From contig NC_043006.1 in NCBI RefSeq assembly GCF_006345805.1, forward strand, positions 45,074,001-45,138,000: DNA of 64,000 nt, read 5' to 3'. Numbering within the stretch: the first letter of the stretch is position 1; each line of letters begins with the position of its first letter. The translations under genes were made by a program, and so were the position numbers. Source of the DNA: Octopus sinensis (taxonomy: Eukaryota). This document shows, piece after piece, positions 52,602-64,000 of this stretch. The notes under the pieces were generated by a model. That model saw nothing but the letters and a program-made list of their open reading frames with translations. It had not been told where the DNA came from and searched no databases.

Positions 52602-53905
52602 TTTATCTATATTAAATACAAAATAATAACCATTTTAAACTGGATTGTTGAAACTTCGAAACCAGATTCCTAGTTCAACATTATTCGGCTAGGATTATGT
52701 ATGTCACTAATACATTGAATAATCTTGTCATTGATTCGGATTAGAATCATCAGAAAAACTAACATTGAAATTGGGAAATGATTCTTTTTTCTTTTCTTCT
52801 TTTTTTTGCGATTACCATTTTCTCGAAGATCACAGCGTATTTGTCCACTTAGATATCTTAGCACGAATTGTTCGTTATTGGCCATTTTTTCGCTCTATTA
52901 AAACTAATAATTTCCAGAAGCATTGAGAACAATTGTCAGATCATTAACACATTACTGGGTCGATAAGCTGATGAAGTAACAAATTAAGTGAGTTCGAATC
53001 AGTGAACTGCTTCTCTATTCTCTGAAAGTAAGTTCTTTCTTCTAGCTAAAAACATTAATTTTTTCAATAATTAATTACACGAAATTAGAAATGGTTGTAA
53101 ATACAAAGCTTCTTATGTAATAAGACGTTGACATCTTTCGAGTGAAAGGATTCCTGGAAATATTTGCTAATCAGGCACCATTCCAATTGCTCGTGTAAGT
53201 AAAATGAAACCAAGATTGACAAACAGAGTTTTCTTTCGTTTATGAGTCAAACTAAGGAAATGATTAAGATTGATATAAGGAAAATATGAGGAGGGTACAT
53301 AAAAAATCAGATCTGTGTGAACAACATTCAAAACCATTGTTTTATCAATTACCATTTGTTTTATATTAGTAACTTAATGAGAAAAAAATCGAGACTGTTT
53401 TAACTTCTCTTGTACATCTAAGTAGCTTAATGTTAACGTTGGTATTTCGTTTGAAATTTTTGCCGATTAGTGGATTGTGGGAGTTAAGAAACACCATTTC
53501 ACTTCTAATATTTCATACCTTGAAATGAAAAACTGTGAGTAACGTGATATGGAGAGACAAGGAGAGTAGTAGGCTTCGGTGGAGGATTATAAGAGTAGAG
53601 GAGAAAACAAGGAGAAATTTAACAATAAAATAGTTTATGGATAAACTACATTGAGAGCGACATTTTTCTTACTTGGAATTACTTAGTTCATCCATCACTC
53701 ACCAAACTATTCCTTCACATGGATATCATTCCATCTAATCATCCAATCATTCATATAGACATATATACATATATATACACGTGCTTGTATGTATACATAC
53801 GCTCTTACATATATATGCAACTAATAACTATCTCTGCATTCTGATGTACATTTCTTCTGTATATAGTGAATGGTATGTCACACTGCATATCCATGGTATT
53901 GCGCT

Positions 53906-54261
53906 CAATACCTATTTCTTTATTACCCACAAGGGGCTAAACACAGAGGGGACAAACAAGGACAGACATAGGTATTAAGTCGATTACATCGACCCCAGTG
54001 CGTAACTGGTACTTAATTTATCGACCCCGAAAGGATGAAAGACAAAGTCGACCTCGGCGGAATTCGAACTCACAACGTAACGCAGACGAACGTTGTGAGT
54101 TCGAATTCCGCCGAGGTCGACTTTGTCTTTCATCCTTTCGGGGTCGATAAATTAAGTACCAGTACGCACTGGGGTCGATGTAATCGACTTAATACCTATG
54201 TCTGTCCTTGTTTGTCCCCTCTGTGTTTAGCCTCTTGTGGGTAATAAAGAAATAGGTATTG
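53906..54261. repeat. Near-perfect ~172-bp inverted repeat of SINE bodies, 11-nt spacer
   Basis: Arms 53906-54078 and 54090-54261. Confidence 0.95.
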
Positions 54262-54277
54262 CGCTGGTAAAGCAATA

Positions 54278-54519
54278 TATGCTGTTCTACTCTAAGCACA
54301 AGGCCCGAAGATTTTGGGGAGGTAGGGGCCAGTCGATTATATCGACCCCAGTACGTAAGTGCTACTTAATTTATAGCCCCCACCACCACCACCACCAAAA
54401 AAAAAAAAATGAAAGGCAAAGATGACCTCGGCAGAATTTGAACTCAGAACGTAAAGACAGACGAAACCACGTTAAGCATTTCACCCGGCGTGCTAACGTT
54501 TCTGCCAGTTCGCCGCCTT
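54278..54519 (-). mobile_element. SINE with 15-bp TSD
   Basis: gctggtaaagcaata at 54263-54277 and 54520-54534. Confidence 0.9.
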
Positions 54520-54978
54520 GCTGGTAAAGCAATAGATTTTCGCGGTAACTTCATTTCTTTAAACTATCACATTACCTCTTCATTTACCTGGAGCATGGGC
54601 AGACACTAACACGTTTCTACCGATTCTAGAATTTATCGGTTTTCCCCCTATATAACAGTGGGTGTGTGTGTGTGTGTATTTGTGTGTCTGTGCTTGCAAT
54701 AGTCGGTTCTTTAGGTCAAAGCCGCTTCGGATGAAAATTGTCAAAGTGTAGTACAACGGTTTAGCATTTTTCAAAAGCATAGTAAGTCCCACATACGACA
54801 GTTTTCCCAAAATATTTCTAGCTGAAAATATCATGGAGTTACGATTTTATGCACTCAACAAAGTATTATTGTTAAGCTGAAACTGTTGCTAATGTAAAAA
54901 GGAATGGAATAATGAAACTATATTTTCGTTTTCTCAAAAAGCAACGTTTTGGACTTACGACACTTGCATAATAGCAAG

Positions 54979-55054
<76 letters not shown>

Positions 55055-55084
55055 TGTGTGTGTGTGTGTATTTAGGTATAGATA

Positions 55085-55241
55085 TATAAACTTTTCAAAG
55101 TTTTCGCTGCGTTAGTTTTGAATTATGAAATTGAGCTATGTGTGTGTCAAGTTTCATCAGAATCGGTTGAAAACCGTGGTCAGGATGAGGGTACAACCTG
55201 ACAGACACACAGACAGACAAACTGCCTTTTATATATAGAGA
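55085..55241 (-). mobile_element. Helitron-type non-autonomous 5' end
   Basis: Minus strand TCTATATATAAAAGGCAGTTTGTCTGTCTG start, typical of such elements. Confidence 0.55.
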
Positions 55242-55695
55242 GAAGAGATATACAATAATAATAAAGGACGCTACCATATACATTTTTACAAACCAAGGAC
55301 GTTATATAGATCTCCTTGACTTAAGTTAGAAAAGGGGTGCGTATTATGCACAAGGTTTAAGCTTTTCAGAGGTACAGCCCCCTAAAAATCCCCTGCGTAT
55401 TATACTCAAGGGCGGACTATACTCGATGATTTACGGTGATTTATGTAATTACGGTAATTGATGTAGACACCTCTGATGAGACTCCAATAACATTAGAAAA
55501 TTGATTGAGGCTGTTCATTTCTTTTTCGGTCTACAGAGAAACAGCTAAATTAAACCATCTTTCTATATATACTATACAGGTTACATGCAATAGTAGAGCA
55601 AATATTTACATCGTAACTGAGATGCATTTCGTTCTTAATGTAAATTTTAGTGAATCGAGGACATATGCAAATTCTTTTACAAAACAAATCGAGTA

Positions 55696-56192
55696 CAGTA
55701 TTCACTCGCCATATCGCGGTTCACCTATTGAGCCCTAAGTACATCACGTATTTTTCTGGCTAAAATATGTTGATTTATATCGCGGACTCATCGAGGGTTT
55801 CTGCAGGCGATAGGTATTTACATTTTTTTTTTTAGATTTTCAACTATTTCTGTAGTACAATAAGTATTTTCGCGCCTAACAATTAATTAATTAATTAATA
55901 ACTAAAAATACAGTACAGTACTGCACTGTATAACACATTAATTGAAATGTATTAAAAGGAAATTCGTTGTGTACCGTAGATGAGTGAAAAAAGAATCGCA
56001 CATACAGTATGGAAAACGAAACTCCTAAGAGTGTGGGGAGATTTTATAAAAGCTTAAGTATATAAAAATAATAAAATAAATATATACAAATTATAAAATT
56101 AATTTTAAAAAATCTACTGTGCTATTTCTGCTTCGCAGATTTTCACCTAACGCCGGGAGTTTTGGATAATCGCGGTAGTCGTGAGATTGCTG
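55696..56192. mobile_element. pogo/Tigger-like MITE
   Basis: TA|cagtattcactcgccatatcgcgg and cgcggtagtcgtgagattgctg|TA. A separate pogo-like end lies near 55320-55438. Confidence 0.65.
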
Positions 56193-56550
56193 TATATCTA
56201 TGTTCTTGATGTTTTGAATATTTCCCTACATGAAGAAGGTATATATAAACAGTAAGACATTGTCCTCCTAGAACTGTGTCTATTGTCCAGTTATGAAGAC
56301 TTTAAGCGCTGGTATATTTCTATCAACGTCTAACTGCTGGAAACAGGATCCCTTGCTTACTTGTACTGGCTTCGGTCACCGAAGTGCTGCCATACTGGAG
56401 CACCGTCTTGAAGGGTCTTAATCGAACAGATTAACTCTGATATTTGTGTCTTAAGTTCGGTCTCTTTTCGCGAACTGCTAGGTTACAGAGATGTAATTTA
56501 AAGGTTGTCAAGCGGGGGGGGTGACAAACATACACACACGCACACACACA

Positions 56551-57465
<915 letters not shown>

Positions 57466-57481
57466 ACATATATATATAATT

Positions 57482-57516
<35 letters not shown>

Positions 57517-57542
57517 GTATATATATATATATCTATATATAT

Positions 57543-57585
<43 letters not shown>

Positions 57586-57628
57586 TATATATATATATAT
57601 CTATATATATATATAATATATATATATA

Positions 57629-57663
<35 letters not shown>

Positions 57664-57696
57664 CATATATATATGTATATATATGTATGTATGTAT

Positions 57697-57728
<32 letters not shown>

Positions 57729-57755
57729 CATACATACATACATATATATATGCAT

Positions 57756-57793
<38 letters not shown>

Positions 57794-57857
57794 CAAATTA
57801 ATAGAATGAGATAAAATCCAAGGCTGTGAAGAAAGATTTCAGAACATTTATAAAGAG

Positions 57858-57905
57858 GTCTTACCGCTGTTTCCGGGATATTTTATGTATCCCTTCATCG
57901 GAGAT
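57858..57905 (-). ncRNA. Degenerate Penelope-type hammerhead motif
   Basis: tct-CCGATGA-a-GGGATA(cataaaa)TATCCC-g-GAAA-CAGCGG-TA-aga; U4C core change. Confidence 0.55.
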
Positions 57906-58147
57906 GCTGTGAGAAGATGGTTAAGCAATAGTTATCCTAGAGAAGATATGAAATAGAGAGTGAAATGGAGGAATGAAAACAGACGTGAGATATGCAGGGA
58001 TATTGTATCTGCAGTTCCATTATTCAAGCAGAATGGTATACATATAAGTTTCCTGTACCTTGTGGAGCTTAACTATAGTCTGTCCATAGCACTTACTCAG
58101 CATTACCTGACACTTTTGGGTCTTCTTGACACCATTACCTCTCATAA

Positions 58148-58180
<33 letters not shown>

Positions 58181-58519
58181 CCAAATTTAGGGAATGAAGT
58201 AAAATCCAGGGTGCATATGCTTCCTGCCAGAACCTTGGAAATAGTAATAACTCAAACGAGGTGTACTCATCAGCACCCCCACCTCATTTGGGTAATTACT
58301 ACTTCCTAGGTTCTGCTAGCTAGAAAATATATATGTTGTGTGATTTTATCTGCTCCGTTACCTATATTTGGATTTTTATTCGCATACACAGCAACCCCAG
58401 TTGCTAACCATAAACTATAAAACTTTTTTTCAGCTTATTGAACTTCGATATGGGAAAAATTTACAACCTTCTACGTCAATAAACCACTTTGATCCTTGAA
58501 TCTTACCTTTACATATTAC

Positions 58520-58586
<67 letters not shown>

Positions 58587-58606
58587 ATATGTCTATCTAT
58601 CTATCT

Positions 58607-58722
<116 letters not shown>

Positions 58723-59002
58723 GATATTTTTATTTATATATACGTGTCTATATCTATTTGCGTATGACCGTGTAAAAATATAAAATTTTGCATCAGAAGT
58801 TAAACATAAAGTCTTGTACATTCAATATGTAACTTGAAATGTTATTTAAATTTATATCTGAAAATATATATATTCAAAGTTCAATCGATAAAACCTCCTA
58901 ATACAAAACTGAAATATATCAGATACCTTTATCAAAAGTGTCTTGTCTAAATCCTCTTCTACATTAACAGCTCTAGTTCTATGAAATTCAAAAAATCTCC
59001 AA

Positions 59003-59169
59003 CTATTTCATCAGATTTAATAAACGTGAAGTCTTGCGGTTGTTTTCTATCATACTACCGATTGCTAGCAACCATGATTCCCTAGCTACCATCGTTCTAA
59101 CTATGGGGCAGCGATGAACAGTGACGAAAATTGTTAGAATAAAGGAAAGCAATTTCATTGTCCAATTGC
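59003..59169 (-). CDS. Candidate exon with a signal-peptide-like start (MKLLSFILTIFVTVHRCPIVRTMVARESWLLAIG...)
   Basis: Strong acceptor ttccttccttttag at 59170, ATG at 59158, 51-aa frame with a hydrophobic N-terminus. Confidence 0.2.
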
Positions 59170-59780
59170 CTAAAAGGAAGGAACCGGAAGTTGGAGTAAC
59201 GATTAGTGTGTCAGGTTTAGTGATAACTTTCACACAGTTACAACATATTATGGCGTTCCTAATACTGCAATTACATGCATTTAGGCTGCAACTTTGACGG
59301 TGTTGTTCGGCTGTCTGAATAATACAAGTTTGGATTGCAGTCATCTCTATGACTTGAAGGAAATTTTGACAGATTTGCTACTCTGTATTAATAACTTAAA
59401 TGCTGCTGTTGGAACGGTGCACAGTTTATTGAGCGTTAAAATGTTACAGTTACAATTTACTGCGTATGTATATGTGTGTGTGCGCGTGCGTTTGTGTTTG
59501 TGCGAGTGTGTGGGTGTGCTTATGTGAAGAGTGTTTTTCTGTTGGTGGGTTTGTATGCTTACGTCTGGGTGCATCAGTGCAGCATTTTTAGTTAATGCAT
59601 GAGATAAAAATGGACGATGTGCACAGGTCATGAACTACAGACGACTTATTCTGGGTATATTAGTGTCGCAAATTAATACTGAATAATCGTCGAGAGAGAG
59701 AAATTTGGTGCGTGTATTTGAGTGTGCGTGGGTATATTATACCTATACATTTTTATGCGCGCGTGTGTGTGTGTATGTGT

Positions 59781-59819
<39 letters not shown>

Positions 59820-61933
59820 TGTGTATGTGTGTGTGTCTGTGTGTACTAAATGCTACTGAGAAGTGTCATATCAACAATTTTTTAGGGCAACTTAATAAAA
59901 TGTTCCCACTAACAAAATGTAACCTCTTACAGATATTTTTTATATAATATATTTATATTGAAATATGTTCTGGATTACTCCTTAAATAGACTACCATGAT
60001 CTTGCACAAATCTAAAGAGCATTGATGTAAGATTTCATAGGATACCAGACCAGCGTTCTTTAATTGAATTATTAGAAAGACAATTAATTAGGTTTCAATG
60101 GCGCAGGTCATGTAGCTGCTGGGAGGTAATCAATAAAATTGACAGATGATATATCAGTTTGCAATACTGAATTCAGAAACGTTATCAGTAATAAATAGCA
60201 TCATATACATGGTGAGATTGCCTCAGGGTTCAGAAACCGGTGATAAGAGTTGGCCTGGTGAACCGCGGAGCTCCGTGAAAGGAAATTATAACATGCAAGG
60301 AAAAAAAAGACGATATAATTATTATAAGATGCTGGTTTATCTAAATAAAGAATATTCCATTTGAATGCTCATAGATAATTTTAACCCTTTGATCCAGCAG
60401 GTATGCTTTAACGGGCGTGATTTCGTTTGACCCCCGCCATAGGAAGACTTGAAAGCAGGCAGTCATATGGTTCTGTGTTTACAGTTGAAAATAAAGATAT
60501 CTTTACCAATTGGCAAGCAGTAAACACAAAACCATATCCACCTGCTTTTGCGCTTTCTAGGTGAAAGTCAAATGAAATCATATCCATCTAAAAGCATATT
60601 CACATGTTCAAAACGTGGTAAGACAACAACATCAGAAAAACAAAATTGAGTTTAAAGGGTATAGGAACATGTGGTTTAATCTCTTCTTTGCTATATACAC
60701 AATTACACAATGATTCGAATCACCGAAAGAACTACAATTTCTGGGTCACTTATTTCAACAGCTAATTCCTGATCTCATAAATTGATGTGTATTCTGTGGA
60801 TCAAAATCTTTTACTCGTCGTATTCACTGAATGGTGATGAAAGAAATGGCGTCACAGTGTTCAAGCTATGGTCTTCGCTCCTTCAAGCAAATGATTAAAA
60901 AAGAGAAAGGGGCAGACGGAGAGAGAAAGAGAGAGTGTGAGAAATCAGTATTGCTGATCCTTTATTTGTCGACTCCGGCAGGTTTTCAACTCAGAGCGCA
61001 GACTACAAAAACAGACAAAAAGCAACAAATTCTATCCGTTGCTCTAACTGCTCCGCCACTTCCCTCGCCTTATGAACCAAAATATGACAAACTAAATAGC
61101 GGTATTTCGTGACGTTCTCTGGTAACCTATTTCCCACACTAAAACACTTATCAGTTATTTTTTTATCTTTTATTCGTTTCAGTCATTGGACTGTGGCCAT
61201 GAGGGGGCACCACATTGAAGAGTTTAGTCAAACAAACCGACCCTCCCTCCAGTACCTATTTTCAAACCTGGCACTGATTCTATCGTTCCATTTTGTCGCA
61301 CCTCTAAGTTACGTGAACGTAAATGAATAAACATCGGTTGTTAAGGGGTTGTAAGAGCAACATAAACAAAAGACACACACATATACATGCACACACATAC
61401 ACACACATACACACACACACACATACACACACACACAAATACGTGACATGCTTCCACACAGTTTCCGTCAACCGAATTCATTTACAAGGCACTCGCCCTA
61501 ATGTCTGCTGCGCAGTGGGACCGAACCTGAAACCATGTGGTTGCAAAACAAGCTCCTCAACCACACGGCCGTGTCTGAGCCTATTTGTCATACTCGAAGA
61601 TATCGGAGAATCGATTTCACATCGATCTCTAAATCGCTTCAGAGAAGAGTTACCGTCAACTGAATCTCTCTCCCTCTCTCTCTTCCTCCCTCTCTTTACC
61701 TCTCTCTCTCCCTCTCTCTCTCTCTTTACCTCTCTCTCTCCCTATCTCTTTCTCTCTCTCCCTATCTCCCACTCTCCCTCTCACTCTCTCTCTCTCTCTC
61801 TCTCGACGATCAAGAGATGAAAGAAGTTAAGGTCAACACAGGTAGTTCTTGAACTCAGAATATGGATGAATGAAGATAACTTTTTATTATTCATTTAAAG
61901 CAAGATCCAATCGTTATTCCCACATCACTATTC

Positions 61934-61997
<64 letters not shown>

Positions 61998-62394
61998 TCC
62001 TTTTCTTGTCTTTTCGTTCTCATTCTCTCGCCATCATTCTCTACATACGTATATGTGTGTGTTGTGTGTGTGTGTGTGTGTGTGTGTCAGTGTGTGTGTA
62101 TGAGTGAATTTGTGAGTCTGCATGTAAAATAAATACATACATACACATACACACACATACATATATATATATACATTTGTATACATATACATACATACAA
62201 ATATATATAAATATAGATATATATATATAAATGTATATATCCTATTACAAATTTGGGATTTGTAAATATAGATTTATATATATATGCACAGATTCATTCC
62301 CACATATACATATAAACATATATATATATGTATATGTATATATATATATGTATATAATATGTATATATATAATGTATAATATTATATATTATAT

Positions 62395-62425
<31 letters not shown>

Positions 62426-62465
62426 TACATAAACATACATATATGTATGTATTTATGCATGCATA

Positions 62466-62498
<33 letters not shown>

Positions 62499-62741
62499 CA
62501 GTGCTTGTATGTATGTATGGATGGATGTATGGATGGATGGATGTATGTATGTTGCTTCAAGTATCTCAGGTTGAAGAAAATTACTTGACGACCCCGCCCA
62601 GATTCCATTCACTGGCACTGCTTCTGTTTACCGTTCGAGAACGTATATTTACTCAGTATATTTACTGAGATCACTAAATAGGATTTACATTTTCCCCCTT
62701 CATCTTATCCCTTACCGCCCACAAATATCTGTTCACACTAC

Positions 62742-63118
62742 GGTGGTGACGGTGGTGGCGGCGGTGGTAGTAGTGGTGGTGATGGTGGTGGTGGTGGTGG
62801 TTTTGGTGGTGGTGGTGGTGGTGGTGGTGGTTTTGGCGGTGGTAGTGGTGGTGGCAGTGATCAGTGGTGGCGTTGGCATTAGCTGGTGGTGTTGGTGGAG
62901 GTAGTGGTGATGGTGATGGTGGTGGTGGTGATGGTTTTGACATCAGTTAGTGGTGATGGCGGTGGTGGTGTTGGTGGTGCTGGTGGTGGTGATGGTGGTA
63001 TTGGTTGGTGGTGAAGGTGGTGGTGGTGGGAGAATGAAGATATTTTGGTAACATCCTTCTCTCTGTTTCTGCTGCAACTACTACTACTATTACTACTACC
63101 ACCACCACCACCACCACA
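62742..63118. repeat. (GGT)n-rich trinucleotide tract followed by (CTA)/(ACC)n
   Basis: Direct reading; source of the poly-His and poly-Pro ORFs. Confidence 0.95.
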
Positions 63119-63179
63119 ACTATTCTCTTGTTCCTTTCTTTCTCTTACTATTATTTGTTTCAAGTATATGTACAAAGCC

Positions 63180-63600
63180 AGCAAACTCGAGATGAAGGTT
63201 TTTCTCGATCCCAGTATGATCGATCCCAGTACTTCAACGGTACCTTATTTTTATCGACCCTAGAAGCATAAAAAAACAAATCAAAGCTGACCTTAGTGGG
63301 ATTTGAACTCAGAATGTAAGTGCTTTGAATAAGTGACGAAAAGTAACTTTCCCTCGCTTTAACGATTCTGCCAGCTTACTGCCTTAATTCTTTCTTATTC
63401 AGGCATGATACCAGCTATTTTGAGCGGATTGGGTTAGTGGATTGGGTTAGCTATCGACTCCATACTTTATTTTATCAATCGAGGGGGAATGAAACCAAAG
63501 CTGACTTCGGCGGGATCTGAACTCGGAATGCCTGAAGAAATACCACAAGCTATTTTTCTCATATCCTAATGATTCTGCCAGTACTCTGCATTCACTGTTA
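63180..63600 (-). mobile_element. Two old diverged SINEs
   Basis: gggatttgaactcagaat and ggcgggatctgaactcgg with aacgattctgccagc heads. Confidence 0.75.
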
Positions 63601-64000
63601 TTACTAATAATATCAACTGGGTGGTAGATTGTTCAATGTGTTCTTTCAAGTAAGGCGTGATTTCAGGAAAACATGGCTATTATTTCCAGCAGATCAAGAG
63701 TGCGCGCGTAGAAGCTCATTTCCTGAGAAATTATTACCAGTAAGAAATTACAATCAGTAATATACAGCGGTGATTTTGCCAAGTCGTTAAAATATTGAAA
63801 AGATTACCTTTCGATAGTTACTCCAGCTTAAATCATACTGAAGATTTCCAAAAGAATGAAATAGTGCAATACATGAATACCACTAAATAGAAATTGTAAG
63901 AACTTCGTAATAGATAAATCTTATAAATCCTCTAAATCCTTAATTTCAAATTCAAATTTCTAATTCCGTTTCGTGTCATGAGGAAATGGTTATCCTCTCT

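Overview
AT-rich eukaryotic genomic DNA saturated with microsatellites and retroelement debris, with one 100-N assembly gap (38724-38823). The tRNA-derived SINE families and simple-repeat load point to an octopus (coleoid cephalopod) genome; this is an inference. No complete host gene can be built from sequence alone. There are several minus-strand exon candidates and a promoter/first-exon-like region at about 47.5-48.3 kb. Most ORFs in the supplied track are microsatellite translations. Recognisable mobile DNA includes many SINEs, three R4/Dong-type restriction-like-endonuclease fragments, an inverted pair of RTE 3' ends, a Tx1 ORF2 3' end, hAT, mariner, Tc1 and pogo remnants, and Helitron-type non-autonomous elements. 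The most interesting locus is 35.3-37.9 kb. It holds two oppositely oriented copies of a small element carrying a Penelope-type minimal hammerhead ribozyme. An ORF1-only (no ORF2) Tx1/L1-like retroelement sits directly upstream of the ribozyme that retains a GUC cleavage site. That ORF1-only element, the Tx1 fragment and the dominant SINEs share a short 3' terminal motif, suggesting one helper LINE mobilises several passengers. Other hammerhead-like motifs from unrelated small elements are scattered through the window. All family assignments come from recognising motifs by eye; no database search was run.
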